64,000 bases of DNA from Flavobacteriales bacterium (GCA_019912395.1 JAIOIH010000014.1:16800-80799); one strand, 5' to 3'; shown: positions 10,441-21,560, counted from the stretch's first letter. Notes: generated from the sequence alone by a model not told the origin. Made by a program: numbers and translations.

Positions 10441-11451
10441 TCAGTGGTTCACTCCCTTTTTGCCCGGGAAATAGCTGGAGGAGGAACGGATCGCTTTCCG
10501 GCTCCAGTTCCAGATCACCACCTGGTAACCGCGCCAGATATAGTCCACCGGGGCCACGAGGAAGTGCATGAACCGCGTGAAGGGGATGATCGCCACGATG
10601 AAGAATGCCGAGAACATGTGCATCTTCACCGTCCACGGCAAGGCGCTGACCTCCGCAACGTCGGGATTGAACGCAAAGAGGGAGCGCAGGTAGGGCGTGA
10701 TCGCGGAAGCGAACCAGGAAGATCCCCAGTTATTGGCCACGGCGACGATCAATCCGGTGAGTATCTGTACGAGAAGGACCACGTACACGAGCATGTCCAT
10801 GCGGTTGGTCACCATCATCACCTTGCGGCTTCCCAACCGCCGCCGGATCAGGAGCACCAACCCGAGCAAGGTGGCCAGACCGAAGATGAACGCGCTCATC
10901 TCCAGGATCAACAACCGCACCGGTTCGCCGTTCCATGCCAGTACGCTCTTGGGGAAGAGGAACGCGATCAAGTGGCCGAAGAAGAGCCACATCAATCCGT
11001 AGTGGAACGGTTGGCTCCCCCAGAAGAGCTTCTTGCGCTCCAGGAACTCGGAGGAAAGCGACGAGACCTGGAACCCCCGGTTCATGTACCGGTAGATCGA
11101 ACCGATCAGGAAGATCGCCAGAGCGATGTACGGGAATGCAACGAGCGTCATCATGTTCATCACGGCGCCACCGGCATCCCAACCGACCTTGAGCGCCCAT
11201 GCCACAAGCACAGCCACGCCCAGCATCGCCAGGAACACCACGACATAATTGGGCCTTGCGGTCCTTGGCGCGATGCCCTGTTCCAGGATGGTTCTCCTCG
11301 CCTTCAAATAGGTGGTGACGACGAAATACAGCACAATGGCCCCCGCCAAGATCGCCAATGGCTGGAGGTAACCTTCGAATTGCGCGGTGAGCATGTACAT
11401 GGTCAGTTCGTTTTGAGGGTCTTGGGATGTGGGGTGCTGCACGTTCCGCAC
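10441..11451 (-). CDS. narI: Respiratory nitrate reductase gamma subunit (NarI-like) with an extended N-terminal membrane region
   Basis: Multi-pass membrane protein with NarI-like His heme ligands (FHYGLMWLFFGHL) and the conserved C-terminal PFTRFMHFLVAPVDY. It is the last gene of the narGHJ(I) order. At 336 aa it is longer than the canonical ~225 aa. Confidence 0.65.
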   Translation of the reverse strand: MRNVQHPTSQDPQNELTMYMLTAQFEGYLQPLAILAGAIVLYFVVTTYLKARRTILEQGIAPRTARPNYVVVFLAMLGVAVLVAWALKVGWDAGGAVMNMMTLVAFPYIALAIFLIGSIYRYMNRGFQVSSLSSEFLERKKLFWGSQPFHYGLMWLFFGHLIAFLFPKSVLAWNGEPVRLLILEMSAFIFGLATLLGLVLLIRRRLGSRKVMMVTNRMDMLVYVVLLVQILTGLIVAVANNWGSSWFASAITPYLRSLFAFNPDVAEVSALPWTVKMHMFSAFFIVAIIPFTRFMHFLVAPVDYIWRGYQVVIWNWSRKAIRSSSSYFPGKKGVNH

Positions 11452-12092
11452 GTGGCAGCGCCATGGATGAATGCTTGTGAGGCGGGTAGTTCGTTCACGT
11501 GGTTCTCCACTTCGAGGTGCTCGCTCTGGAAAAGGGTAAGCAATGCACTGAGCGCGTTGCCGTACACATTGCCGTCCTCACACCCTTGGAGCACGATGGC
11601 ATTGTGCTTGCGCATCAGCATCTTCTCCCGCAGCTGCATGCGCGCCGTCTCGAACTCCTTGAGCATGAGCCTCAATGCGGGCATCACGATCCGCGTGCAG
11701 AGCTCATCGCGAATGGCGTGGTCCTTCATCAAGGGCAGCAAGGTCAACACGTTCACCAGGTTGTCCGGAAGTTCGCCGCCGCAATCGTTCCCCACTTCGG
11801 CCTGTTCGCGCTTCATGTTCACCAGGAACTCCCCGCGCTTGTAATCCTCACCGAAGATCACGTATCCCAGGTCGGGATAGCAGATGGCTTGCACGTGGAA
11901 GGTGCGCGTATAGATCTCCTCCTGGTCGTACAGCGCCGTGGTGTCCACCCATTGGGCGAAGCGTTCCAGGTCAGGCACTGCTTCGGGGCAGGCGGTCCGC
12001 AACATTTCCCGACATGCGCGAACGGCCCCGGGCAGCGCGGCATCGGGGTACCGGAACAAGCCGGCCATGTGGGCATATCGCTCCGCTTTCAT
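11403..12092 (-). CDS. narJ: Nitrate reductase molybdenum cofactor assembly chaperone (NarJ/TorD family)
   Basis: 229 aa, positioned between narH and narI, with a TorD-like helical sequence. Confidence 0.65.
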   Translation of the reverse strand: MKAERYAHMAGLFRYPDAALPGAVRACREMLRTACPEAVPDLERFAQWVDTTALYDQEEIYTRTFHVQAICYPDLGYVIFGEDYKRGEFLVNMKREQAEVGNDCGGELPDNLVNVLTLLPLMKDHAIRDELCTRIVMPALRLMLKEFETARMQLREKMLMRKHNAIVLQGCEDGNVYGNALSALLTLFQSEHLEVENHVNELPASQAFIHGAATCGTCSTPHPKTLKTN

Positions 12093-12093
12093 G

Positions 12094-13587
12094 CTACAGG
12101 CCGCGTGCGGGCTTCATTTTGAATCCGAATCCGGTCTCGCCCTTCACGTCGGCGGTCGCTTCGATCATCTCGATGCTCTCCTCGCGGTGTGCCGGCGGGA
12201 TCACGAATCGCTCGTTGAAGGTGGCCAGGGAAGTGAGCCGGAAGATCGCGTCCGCTTCGCCGGGGTTGGTCTTCCCGATCTGGAGCGCCTCCTCCACCTC
12301 TTCCTTGGTCAGGTCGCCCACCGTGGTATCGCGACGGTGGATCTTCACCGCCAGCAATTTGCGCAGCACGTTCCGCACTTTCTCCTCGTCGCCCGCAGTG
12401 AACAGGCTGGCGAGGTATGCCATCGGCAAGCGCGAGGTCTCCACACCACCCCACAGCGATTTGGTGGTGGAATCGTACACGCCATCACTGTCCACGCTCG
12501 CCATGGCGGGCAGCATGGGCGGCACGTAGAAGAGGTTGGGAAGGGTGCGGTACTCGGGGTGCAAGGGCAGGGCGATGCCCCATTCCTTCACGAACTTGTA
12601 CACCGGTGATTGTTGTGCGGAACGGATCGTGGAGTCCGCGATACCGTTGGCTTTTGCGGCCGCGATCACCTGCGGGTCGTTCGGGTCCAGGTAGATCTCC
12701 ATCTGGCGGTCCACCAGCTCGTTCTCCGGGCAGGAGGCCACCGCCTCGATCCGGTCGGCATCGTAGAGCATCACCCCGAGGTAGCGGATACGGCCCACGC
12801 AACTGTGCATGCAGGCCGGTGCCTGCCCCGACTCAAGGCGTGGGTAGCAGAGGATGCACTTCTCGGATTTCCCGGTGTTCCAGTTGTAGTAGCTCTTCTT
12901 GTAGGGGCACGCCGTAACGCACATGCGCCATGCGCGGCAGCGCTCCTGGTTGAGGAGCACGATGCCGTCCTCCCCGCGCTTGTACAAGGCGCCCGATGGG
13001 CAGGAACCCACACAGGCCGGATTGAGGCAATGGTTGCAGATCCGCGGCAGGTAGAACATCATCATCCGCTCCAGCTGGAACATGCTTTCCTGTTCCACCG
13101 GCGAGAGGTCCTTGAAGTTCACGTCCTTGCGCGCGTAGTCCGGTGAACCGCCCAGGTCGTCGTCCCAGTTGGGGCCGGCCTTCACGTCGATGTGCTCCCC
13201 GGTCACCAGGGAAACGGGTCGGGCCGTGGGCTGGTCGTCGCCTTCAGGCGCGGTGAACAGGTCGGAGTACTTGTAGGTCCACGGCTCGTAGTAATCCTCC
13301 AGCACGGGCATGTTCGGGTTGTGGAAGATGTTCTTGAGCCCCTTCCACTTGCCTGCACCGCGCAGCGAGACGGAGTTGCCATCCTTCACCCAACCGCCCT
13401 TGTAGATGTCCTGGTCCTCCCATTTGGTGGGGTAGCCGGTACCGGGCTTGGTCTCCACATTGTTCCACCACATGTATTCCGCACCCCGGCGATCGGTCCA
13501 GATGTTCTTGCAAGCGATCGAGCAGGTATGGCACCCGATGCACTTGTCCAAGTGGAACACCATCGTTATCTGTGATCTGACGTTCAT
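12094..13587 (-). CDS. narH: Respiratory nitrate reductase beta subunit (Fe-S)
   Basis: 497 aa with multiple ferredoxin-type Cys clusters (CIGCHTCSIACK, CNHCLNPACVGSCPSGA) and the highly conserved NarH N-terminus (MVFHLDKCIGCHTCS). Confidence 0.9.
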   Translation of the reverse strand: MNVRSQITMVFHLDKCIGCHTCSIACKNIWTDRRGAEYMWWNNVETKPGTGYPTKWEDQDIYKGGWVKDGNSVSLRGAGKWKGLKNIFHNPNMPVLEDYYEPWTYKYSDLFTAPEGDDQPTARPVSLVTGEHIDVKAGPNWDDDLGGSPDYARKDVNFKDLSPVEQESMFQLERMMMFYLPRICNHCLNPACVGSCPSGALYKRGEDGIVLLNQERCRAWRMCVTACPYKKSYYNWNTGKSEKCILCYPRLESGQAPACMHSCVGRIRYLGVMLYDADRIEAVASCPENELVDRQMEIYLDPNDPQVIAAAKANGIADSTIRSAQQSPVYKFVKEWGIALPLHPEYRTLPNLFYVPPMLPAMASVDSDGVYDSTTKSLWGGVETSRLPMAYLASLFTAGDEEKVRNVLRKLLAVKIHRRDTTVGDLTKEEVEEALQIGKTNPGEADAIFRLTSLATFNERFVIPPAHREESIEMIEATADVKGETGFGFKMKPARGL

Positions 13588-13608
13588 GGTCTTCGCTGTT
13601 ATCGTTGT

Positions 13609-16600
13609 TCAGAATACGACCTTGTCCATTTTGCGCACCAGCACGTGGGTGTCGCGGTTGGCACCCACCGGCCCCCAGTAGTTGAAGTGGTAGGAGAACT
13701 GGCCGTAGCCCCCCACGAGCAGGTTGGGCTTGAGGTGGACCCGGGTGAAGCTGTTGTGCCCCCCGGCCCGCCGGTTCCCCCGCACCTGTGACTTCGGCAC
13801 GGAGTACGTGCGCTCAGGCGAGTGGTACACGATGCAGACCCCCCGAGGGATCCTCGAGCTGACGCAGGAGCGCGTGCAATAGACACCATGGTCATTGTAC
13901 ACTTCCACCCAATCGTTGTCCTTGATGCCCAGTTCCTCGGCATCCTTCTCGTTGATCCAGCACGGTTCCATGCCGCGCGAAAGGGTCAGCATCCGCAGGG
14001 TGTCGCCGTAGGTGGAGTGGATGTGCCACTTGCCGTGCGGGGTGAGGCAGTTGAGCATCCTGGCCTTCCCGTCGTTCACCGTTTTGCGCAGGTCGCCATA
14101 GACCTGCGGCGTGGGCGATGGCTTGTAGGTGGTGAAGTGTTCCCCGAACATGATGTACCCATCATGGTCGAGGTAGGTGTGCTGCCGCCCGGTCATCGTG
14201 CGCCATGGCATCAAGCGGTCCACGTTGTAGGTGTATGCCGCGTATGCACGGCCCTCGTTCATCAGGCCTGACCACAAGGGCGAGGTGTTGTACCGCCGGG
14301 GCTGGGCCTGCAGGTCCTTGTAGTCGATCCGCACGTCCTTGCTGCCTTCGCCGAGGTCGGCCAGCACCATGCCCGACTTCACCTCCATGTTCCTGTAGGC
14401 GCGGTCGTTCAGCATGCCATTGGTGAGCGTGGAGAGCTTCAACACGGCATTCGCCGCCTCCACATCCTCCCGCAGGGAAGGCAGGTCCTTGCCTTCGATC
14501 CGCTGCACATGCCGCTTGTCCTCGATCATCTCGGCGTACACATCATCGGCCATGTACGAGTTGCCGTGCGCGCCCAAGGTCTTGGTGTTCAAGTTGGCAC
14601 CAAGCGAGATGTACTTGTCGTAGATCTTCGTATAGTCGCGCTCCACGGTAACGATCTTGTGCATCGTCTTGCCGGGGATGGGTTCGCACTCGCCCTTGCT
14701 CCAGTCCTGGATGTTGGTCTGCGTGATCTCGTCGGGACTGTCGTGTTGCAGTGGCACGTTCACGATATCCGTAACGGGCGCGGGCAGGTGGTGCTTGGCC
14801 AATTCGCTCACCTTCTTGGCGATGATCTGGAAGATCTGCCAGTCGGTCTTCGCCTCCCACACCGGTGGTACCGCCTCGGACAGCGGGTGGATGAAGGAGT
14901 GCATGTCGGTACTGTTCAGGTCCGCCTTCTCATACCACGACGCCGTGGACAGCACGATGTCCGAGTAGAGCGCGGAGGTGTCCATCCGGAAGTTGATGTC
15001 CACCACCAGGTCCAACTTGCCCGATGGCGACTTCTCGCGGTACACGATGTCATGGACCATGTCACCGGCCACCTCGTCGGCGATGTCGTTGTGGTGCGTG
15101 CCCAGGTAGTGGTTCAGCATGTACTCATGGCCCTTGGCGCTGGACATCAGGGCGTTGCCGCGCCAGATGAACCAGACCCGCGGGAAGTTCATCGGATCGT
15201 CCGGGTCGGCCACGGAATGCAGCAGGTCCCCCGACTTCAAGCGGGACACCACATGGTCCGCGATCTCCTTGTCCGTGTTCGCACCGGCGGCCTTGGCCTC
15301 CTTGGCGATCTGCAGGTTGCTCTTGTTGTACTGCGGATAGAACGGCATCCATCCGTTGCGCACGGATTTCACGATCCAGTCCGCCGAGTGCATCCGGGCC
15401 AAGGGGTTGGCATCATCCGGAATGCTGTTGTAGTCGGCCTGGCATCCGTCGTAGCGCCATTGGCTGGAATTGATGTAGTGCCAGATGGGCGCCTGCTGCA
15501 GCCTGTTGGCGCCGACCCAGTCCTTGGCGGCCATGATGGTGCCCCAGGAATCGACCGGAGCGAGCTTCTCCTGGCCCACGTAGTGGTTCATGCCACCACC
15601 GTTCTTGCCATTGCAGCCGGTGAGCATCTGCGCCATGATGGACGCCCGGTACATCAGGTTGCCGTGGAACCAGTGGTTGATGGCCGCGCCCACGATCACC
15701 ATGCACTTGCCCTCGGTGGCCTCGGCGGTGGAGGCCCACTCACGAGCGAACTTGATCACCGTCTTCTTGCCGATGCCGGTGAAGATCTCCTGCCAGGCGG
15801 GCGTGTAGGCCTGTTCCTTGTCGTCGTAATCCTGCGGGTACTCTCCCGAGAGGCCGCGGCCCACGCCGTACTGCCCCATGGTCAGGTCGTAGATGGTGGT
15901 CACCGCGATCCGCCTGCCGTCCGCGCCGGTGAGGTACTTCACCGGGATGCCGCGAAGCACCTTCTTCTTCAGTCCGTACTCCACGAACTCCACTTGCAGC
16001 ACTTCGTCGCAATTCTCCAGGAAGGTCAGCTCGGGATCGTATACCGCGTTGTCCGTACCGTTCTCGTACTTCAGGTTCCAGTTGCCCGGCTCCTTGTCCC
16101 AACGGTAGCCCATGGTACCCTTGGGGGTCACCGGTTGGCCGGTATTGGAATCGAGGCACAGGAATTTCCAGTCGCCGTTGCTGATGTCCTTGAACTTCTC
16201 CAACCGATTGGCACGCACCATTTTCATGGGCTTGAAGTGCTCCCCGTTGGGTTCCAGTTCCACCAGGAAGGGGCAGTCCGTGTAGCGCTTCACATACTCA
16301 TGGAAGTACGGCGTGCGCTTGTCCGAGTGCCATTCCTTCAGGATCACGTGGGTGACGGCCATCCAGAACGCACCGTCGCTGCCGGCATGGCAGGGGATCC
16401 ACTGGTCGGCGTGCTTGGCCACCATGCTGAAGTCCGGCGACATCACCACGGTCTTGGTGCCGTTGTGCCGCGCCTCGGAGAAGAAGTGGATGTCGGGCGT
16501 GCGGGTCATGCCCAAGTTGGCGCCCATGCTCACGCAGAACTTGGAGTTGTACCAATCGGCGCTCTCGCAGACATCCGTCTGCTCGCCCCACACTTCGGGG

Positions 16601-17235
16601 AAGGCGCACGGCAGGTCGCAGTACCAATCGTAGAAGCTGAGGTTCACCCCGCCCATGAGCTGCAGGTAGCGCGCGCCGGAAGCGTAGCTCAACATGGACA
16701 TGGCCGGGATGGGCGAGAAGCCGATGATCCGGTCCGGGCCGTATTTCTGCACCGTATGGATGTTGGCCGCCGCGATGAGCTCGAGCACATCGTCCCAATG
16801 TGCCCTGCGGAACCCGCCCTTGCCACGAGCGCGTTGGTAGCGCGAGCGCTTCTCCGGGTCGTTCTGGATGTTGGCCCAAGCCTGCACGGGGTCACCACCC
16901 GTCCGTTCCTTCTCCTTGCGGAACAGGTCCATCAAGGCACCGCGCATCAGCGGGTACTTCACCCGGATCGGGCTGTACAGGTACCACGAGTAGGAGATGC
17001 CCCGCTGGCAGCCGCGTGGCTCGTAAGGGGGCAGCCCCTCCTCCAGAAGCGGGTAGTCCAGCGCCTGCATTTCCCATACGACAATTCCGTCCTTCACGTG
17101 GATGTTCCAGGAACAGCCACCGGTGCAATTGACGCCGTGCGTGCTCCGCACCACTTTGTCATACTGCCAGCGGTTGCGGTAGAACTCCTCCCATTGACGG
17201 GACTTGGGCGAAATGATGTCTTCTATCCAGCTCAT
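13609..17235 (-). CDS. narG: Respiratory nitrate reductase alpha subunit (molybdopterin catalytic subunit)
   Basis: 1208 aa with the conserved NarG N-terminus ([26 protein letters not shown]), whose His/Cys cluster ligates FS0. Confidence 0.9.
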   Translation of the reverse strand: MSWIEDIISPKSRQWEEFYRNRWQYDKVVRSTHGVNCTGGCSWNIHVKDGIVVWEMQALDYPLLEEGLPPYEPRGCQRGISYSWYLYSPIRVKYPLMRGALMDLFRKEKERTGGDPVQAWANIQNDPEKRSRYQRARGKGGFRRAHWDDVLELIAAANIHTVQKYGPDRIIGFSPIPAMSMLSYASGARYLQLMGGVNLSFYDWYCDLPCAFPEVWGEQTDVCESADWYNSKFCVSMGANLGMTRTPDIHFFSEARHNGTKTVVMSPDFSMVAKHADQWIPCHAGSDGAFWMAVTHVILKEWHSDKRTPYFHEYVKRYTDCPFLVELEPNGEHFKPMKMVRANRLEKFKDISNGDWKFLCLDSNTGQPVTPKGTMGYRWDKEPGNWNLKYENGTDNAVYDPELTFLENCDEVLQVEFVEYGLKKKVLRGIPVKYLTGADGRRIAVTTIYDLTMGQYGVGRGLSGEYPQDYDDKEQAYTPAWQEIFTGIGKKTVIKFAREWASTAEATEGKCMVIVGAAINHWFHGNLMYRASIMAQMLTGCNGKNGGGMNHYVGQEKLAPVDSWGTIMAAKDWVGANRLQQAPIWHYINSSQWRYDGCQADYNSIPDDANPLARMHSADWIVKSVRNGWMPFYPQYNKSNLQIAKEAKAAGANTDKEIADHVVSRLKSGDLLHSVADPDDPMNFPRVWFIWRGNALMSSAKGHEYMLNHYLGTHHNDIADEVAGDMVHDIVYREKSPSGKLDLVVDINFRMDTSALYSDIVLSTASWYEKADLNSTDMHSFIHPLSEAVPPVWEAKTDWQIFQIIAKKVSELAKHHLPAPVTDIVNVPLQHDSPDEITQTNIQDWSKGECEPIPGKTMHKIVTVERDYTKIYDKYISLGANLNTKTLGAHGNSYMADDVYAEMIEDKRHVQRIEGKDLPSLREDVEAANAVLKLSTLTNGMLNDRAYRNMEVKSGMVLADLGEGSKDVRIDYKDLQAQPRRYNTSPLWSGLMNEGRAYAAYTYNVDRLMPWRTMTGRQHTYLDHDGYIMFGEHFTTYKPSPTPQVYGDLRKTVNDGKARMLNCLTPHGKWHIHSTYGDTLRMLTLSRGMEPCWINEKDAEELGIKDNDWVEVYNDHGVYCTRSCVSSRIPRGVCIVYHSPERTYSVPKSQVRGNRRAGGHNSFTRVHLKPNLLVGGYGQFSYHFNYWGPVGANRDTHVLVRKMDKVVF

Positions 17236-17251
17236 GGTGTTCCGATTTTCT

Positions 17252-18094
17252 TCAGTTGGATCGCAGTTGTCGTGCGAATATGTCGCGTTTCACGTGCTGC
17301 TTCATGCGCCCGCGCCAATGGACGCCGATCACGAGCAGCAGCGCGATCAGCCCCCCTCCTCCATAGATCACGAAGGGCTCGTAAAGTGATCTGGCCGTCT
17401 GCTCCGCGCTCACCTTGTCGGCATGCTCAAGGAAGGCCGTGAGCGCATGGACCTCCTGCTCGGTGAGCGGCGCGTTGGCATAGCTCGTGGCCATCGCCGG
17501 GAAGGGAGATGCCCCGATGATGCCCGCCACGCCCGCAGCACCCATCCGGCCGAACACGCCGGTGAGGTCCTTCGCAAAATGGCCGCCCAGCATCACCTGG
17601 TCATTGGTCACATTGTGGCAGGAAATGCAAGAGGCCCCCTTGTTCGCGAAGCGGGTGCTCCCCACGAACAGGGCTTGGCCCAGCTCGCGGTCGGCATCCG
17701 TGAACTCCATCGGAGCTTCCGGTTCGGCCGGTGCCGCATCCGTGGCGGCCGGTGCGCTGAAGCCCTTCAAATACCCGATGACCTGATCGATCTCCCCCGC
17801 GCTGAGGTTCTGGTCGGGCATGAGCAATTCATTGTACTCCTTGAAAATGGCCACCGCCTCGGGATCACCCGACTTGATGACCGTCTGTGACGACTTGATG
17901 AAGGCCTTGATCCACTCCTCCGTCTGCCGGTCGGTGATCCCGGTAAGGTCCGGACCCACCAATCGCTTCCCCATCAGGTGGCATGCCCCGCAATTCTGCT
18001 TGAACAACTTCTCACCTTCCTGTGCCATCGCCGGGTTCCGGACCAGCGGCTGTGTGATCAACAGGAGCCAAAAGATCTTTTTCAGGTGTTGCAT
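17252..18094 (-). CDS. Membrane-anchored di-heme cytochrome c (NarC-like) encoded first in the nar operon
   Basis: Signal peptide, two CxxCH motifs (CGACH, CISCH) and a C-terminal TM helix ([12 protein letters not shown]). It lies immediately upstream of and co-directional with narG, as narC does in the Thermus narCGHJIK operon. Confidence 0.65.
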   Translation of the reverse strand: MQHLKKIFWLLLITQPLVRNPAMAQEGEKLFKQNCGACHLMGKRLVGPDLTGITDRQTEEWIKAFIKSSQTVIKSGDPEAVAIFKEYNELLMPDQNLSAGEIDQVIGYLKGFSAPAATDAAPAEPEAPMEFTDADRELGQALFVGSTRFANKGASCISCHNVTNDQVMLGGHFAKDLTGVFGRMGAAGVAGIIGASPFPAMATSYANAPLTEQEVHALTAFLEHADKVSAEQTARSLYEPFVIYGGGGLIALLLVIGVHWRGRMKQHVKRDIFARQLRSN

Positions 18095-18429
18095 GGTCAG
18101 TGGTTAGTGTGATCGATCCGTCCCGAGAGGTATCGGGATCCATCGGATGCTTGGGGGTGATCGGTACTTCGTTTTCGTGGCGTAATGTTCAGGGGCAGTT
18201 GGAAACTACAAGATGATTTATGTCATATTCATGAAGTGGCGTTCGCGGACCAACGGAGCCTCCACCGGCCCCGGCGGCCGCTTGCCCGCCCTCCTTCCGG
18301 CGCTGGGCCGGCACCTGCGGAAAGCGCGCAAACCCCCTACTACCGGGGCCTTCGGGCGGTCCGCACCGGGGCCGGCCCTGCGCCCCGGTCTGACCAAGCT
18401 CATGGACCACAAGCATTCTCCGAGCTACT

Positions 18430-18816
18430 TTGCGGCGCTATTCCCGTTCAGCTATGACGCTACCCTGTTCAGCCCCCTCCTCCACCTACGCCGTAATGGG
18501 CAGCATTTGGATCGTATGCGATGGCCACGCCTTTCTGGGCCGGGGCCGGGTCTCCCTGCTGGAGGAGATCGATGACACCGGCTCCATCAGCCAGGCGGCA
18601 CGGCACATGGGCATGTCCTACAAGAAGGCATGGCGCCTGGTGCAAACGATGAACGAGCTGGCCGGGGAGCCCTTGGTGGTGCGCACCAGCGGAGGGGCCG
18701 GTGGAGGCGGAACGGTACTGACGCCCAAGGGCCGCGAGATGATCGCTACCTTCCGTGCCATCGACGCGCAGTACCGCGCCTTCCTGGACGAGGTGATGCG
18801 CCGGACCGAACTTTAG
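18430..18816 (+). CDS. ModE N-terminal-domain-like winged-helix regulator (molybdate-responsive HTH family)
   Basis: ~128 aa with HTH region GSISQAARHMGMSYKKAWRLVQTMN, typical of the ModE/LysR-type N-terminal domain. It is divergent from the nar operon and upstream of the moa genes. The true start may be an internal Met. Confidence 0.5.
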   Translation: MRRYSRSAMTLPCSAPSSTYAVMGSIWIVCDGHAFLGRGRVSLLEEIDDTGSISQAARHMGMSYKKAWRLVQTMNELAGEPLVVRTSGGAGGGGTVLTPKGREMIATFRAIDAQYRAFLDEVMRRTEL

Positions 18817-18825
18817 GACCATCCA

Positions 18826-19275
18826 TTGCACATGAAGACCATCAAGACCAGGAACATCTTCGTTCAGGGAGCCATCACGCCCGAACGCATCGCGACCTCC
18901 ATCGCCCACCACCAGGACAAGACCGGCATCGGTGCCCACGACATATTCCTCGGCCAGGTCCGCGCCGACACCATCGGCACCTCCACGGTGGCCGCCATCG
19001 AGTACAGCGCCCATGAGGAGATGGCCAACGCCGTGATGGCCGGGATCCGCGAGGAGGCCTTCTCCCGCTTCGACCTCACCTGCATGCACGTGTACCATAG
19101 CCTCGGCGCGGTGCCCGCCGGCGGCCTCTGCCTGTTCGTGTTCGTCTCCTCGCCGCACCGCCAGGCCGCTTTCGACGCGTGCCGCTACATGGTGGAACAG
19201 ATCAAGGAAAGACTGCCGATCTTTGGCAAGGAATTGTTCGCCGAGGGCGGGCATCAATGGAAGGAGAACCAGTGA
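18826..19275 (+). CDS. moaE: Molybdopterin synthase catalytic subunit MoaE
   Basis: 149 aa with MoaE-family conservation (DIFLGQVR..., VYHSLGAVPAGGLCLFVFVSSPHRQAAFDACRYMVEQIK). Confidence 0.7.
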   Translation: MHMKTIKTRNIFVQGAITPERIATSIAHHQDKTGIGAHDIFLGQVRADTIGTSTVAAIEYSAHEEMANAVMAGIREEAFSRFDLTCMHVYHSLGAVPAGGLCLFVFVSSPHRQAAFDACRYMVEQIKERLPIFGKELFAEGGHQWKENQ

Positions 19276-19323
19276 TCGCGCCCCGGTGGCCGAAGGGCCC
19301 TCCCGAGCAGACCGAAGAACCCC

Positions 19324-20235
19324 ATGATCGACATCACCCATAAGGCCAGCACCCTCCGCGAGGCCACCGCCCAAGCGATCGTGCGCACCAGCTCCGCCGC
19401 TACCATCGAGGCCATCCGCAACAAGGCCGTGCCGAAGGGCGACGTGTTCGAGATGGGCAAGGCCGCCGGACTGCTGGGCGTGAAGAAGACCGCCGACCTG
19501 CTGCCCGACTGCCACCCGATGCCGGTGGAATGCGCCAAGGTGGACTATGCGATCGAGGGCCTGGACGTGATCATCACCATGTACGTGAAGACCATCTACA
19601 AGACCGGCGTGGAAGTGGAGGCGATGCACGGCGCCTCGGTGGTGGCCCTCACCCTGTACGACATGCTGAAGCCGATCGACAAGGGCATCGGGATCCACAG
19701 CATCAAGCTGCTGGAAAAGAAGGGCGGCAAGAGCGACTTCACGGACCGCTTCCGGCGCGACCTGAAGGCCATGGTGGTGGTCTGCTCGGACACCATCGCC
19801 GCCGGCAAGAAGGAGGACCGCGCGGGAAAGGCCATCGTGGCCAAGCTGGAACAATGTGCAGTGGCGATCGAGGAATACGTGGTGATCCCCGATGAGGTGG
19901 AACGGATCCAGGCGAAGGTGAAGGAAGCCGTGGCGCGGGGTGCGGACATGATCATCTTCACCGGGGGCACCGGCCTCTCCGTGCGCGACGTCACGCCGGA
20001 AGCGCTCCGGCCATTGATCGAGCGCGATATCCCCGGGGTCAGCGAGGCCATCCGCGCCTACGGCCAGCAGCGCACCCCCTACTCCATGCTCTCGCGCTGC
20101 GTCTCGGGCGTGATCGGCGGCACGCTGGTGCTGGCCCTGCCGGGATCCACGCGCGGGGCGGCGGAATCCATGGATGCCGTGTTCCCCCACCTGCTCCATG
20201 TGTTCAACATCCTCATCGGCGCACGACACGAGTGA
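19324..20235 (+). CDS. moaC: Fused cyclic pyranopterin monophosphate synthase MoaC and MogA/MoaB-like molybdopterin adenylyltransferase domain
   Basis: The N-terminal ~150 aa are MoaC-like (MIDITHK...AMHGASVVALTLYDMLK). The C-terminal ~150 aa are MogA/MoaB-like (MVVVCSDTIAAGKKEDRAGK...IIFTGGTGLSVRDVTPEA). Confidence 0.7.
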   Translation: MIDITHKASTLREATAQAIVRTSSAATIEAIRNKAVPKGDVFEMGKAAGLLGVKKTADLLPDCHPMPVECAKVDYAIEGLDVIITMYVKTIYKTGVEVEAMHGASVVALTLYDMLKPIDKGIGIHSIKLLEKKGGKSDFTDRFRRDLKAMVVVCSDTIAAGKKEDRAGKAIVAKLEQCAVAIEEYVVIPDEVERIQAKVKEAVARGADMIIFTGGTGLSVRDVTPEALRPLIERDIPGVSEAIRAYGQQRTPYSMLSRCVSGVIGGTLVLALPGSTRGAAESMDAVFPHLLHVFNILIGARHE

Positions 20236-20257
20236 TACCAAGCGATCCCGGAAGGCC

Positions 20258-20653
20258 ATGTTCAGCTACAACAGCTCCCATAAGATCATCATCGGGATCA
20301 TCATCGTCCTGTGGGCCGCCTTCCACTTCACCGCACGGGACGAGGACCCCGGCCGCTACCCGAACGGCCAGGCCAAGTACAGCGGCAGCCTGGTGAACAA
20401 CCAGAACCATGGCCGATGGACCTGGTACTACGAGAACGGAACGCGCCGGATGGAGGGCCAGTTCAACCGGGGAAAGCGGCAAGGCGTATGGACCACCTGG
20501 GCGAGCGACGGCACCAAGCGCAGCGAAGGCCTGTACGTGAACGATCGGCTCAACGGGGAGTACACCGTGTGGAACGAACAGGGAAAGGAGATCTCGCGCA
20601 CCCGCTACGTGAACGATGTACCGGTGAGGACCGACACCATCGCGGTTCCCTGA
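20258..20653 (+). CDS. MORN-repeat (YwqK-like) small membrane-anchored protein
   Basis: An N-terminal TM helix (IIIGIIIVLWAAFHF) is followed by MORN-like repeats (YENGTRRMEGQFNRGKRQGVWTTWASDGTK...). The start was chosen at the ATG at 20258. Confidence 0.5.
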   Translation: MFSYNSSHKIIIGIIIVLWAAFHFTARDEDPGRYPNGQAKYSGSLVNNQNHGRWTWYYENGTRRMEGQFNRGKRQGVWTTWASDGTKRSEGLYVNDRLNGEYTVWNEQGKEISRTRYVNDVPVRTDTIAVP

Positions 20654-20680
20654 AGCAGGGTCGCGGCCGTCCCCGAAGGT

Positions 20681-21144
20681 TCAAGGCAGTTCAAAGCGCG
20701 TGCTCCACTCCTTCCCGGAATCCGTCTCCCGCGCCAGCACCATCAGGAAGGCATCCTTGTCCTCCTTCTCGATCCTCCGCGCGATCACCGTGGACGCCGC
20801 GCCGTCCGCTGACCGGATGGGGTCCCCCGGCCGCGGCATGAAGGGAAAGCCGATGGTGATGCGCTGCTCGGGATCGGTCACCAGTTCCATGGCACAGGTA
20901 AAGATGATCTCCTCGATCTTTTCGCCGACCACCTCGTTGTCCACCTCGCCCTTGGCCTTGGGATCAAGCAGGTTCACCCACTTGTGGAACCGCAATGCCG
21001 CCTGCTCGGTCAACTCCTTCCGGATGCCCGGCGGGAACGGCGACCGCAAATGGTCCTGGTCCTTGAACCAGAACTCGATCGTTTCGTGAAGCGCCGGGCT
21101 CTCACGAACGGCCTCCAAGGAGACCTGCTCTTTTGCTTCCGTCA
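20681..21144 (-). CDS. Hypothetical protein (~154 aa)
   Basis: The ORF has coherent codon usage. The start was chosen at MTEAKEQ (complement of CAT at 21142-21144) because the upstream extension in the track runs into a REP-like repeat. Confidence 0.4.
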
Positions 21145-21299
21145 TGGTCCGTTTTGCTGTTTGGTCCGGATGCCTTGTTCGGTGCGTACAGGGTGGAACG
21201 GCTGATCCGTATGTGGAACCCAAAGGTCGTTCACCCTGTCCGATCAAGGGCGAAATGTATTCCGGACCGCGCTTCCAACAGATGACCCTTGTCATATCC

Positions 21300-21560
21300 G
21301 CGCTCATTCCGGGGCGGTGCCTACCCCCACTCCGTGCATGCTCGCCTTTGATCGCTTCGGCAGCCCGCCCCCTTCGGGTTGCGGGCCTTCCCGCGATGAC
21401 GTGCATTGTGGCGCGCGTTGGAAACCGCCGGAGGCGGACCGGCGTGCCGGCACTCGGCAGACCATTGGGATCACGGGGCAAACCGAGCGCCGGGATGGGG
21501 GCTTGGGAGAGATTTTGGGGCCTTCATACAATGGATATTCCGAGTTAAATGCGTTTCTTA
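21300..21560. repeat. Cluster 1 of a mosaic REP/MITE-like hairpin-rich intergenic repeat family
   Basis: Modules cgcttcggcagcccgcccccttcgggttgcgggc...gcgatgacgtgc(a/g)ttgtggcg and ggaaaccgccggaggcggaccggcgtgccggcactcggcagaccattgggatcacggg recur at 40330-41270, 43930-44380 and 48280-48630. Confidence 0.8.

Noticed and set aside
14509-17442. 977-aa + strand ORF
   Set aside because: Antisense to narG, a common high-GC antisense artefact. The translation is Arg/Val/Gly-rich with no domain signatures.
18095-18429. Palindromic TTCATGAA / TGATTTATGTCAT segment in the narC–modE divergent promoter region
   Set aside because: The symmetry is weak and does not match the FNR or NarL consensus from memory. 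It is noted only as a candidate for motif scanning.
18469-20259. 596-aa minus-strand ORF
   Set aside because: Antisense to the ModE-like, moaE and moaC-mog genes. The translation is low-complexity.
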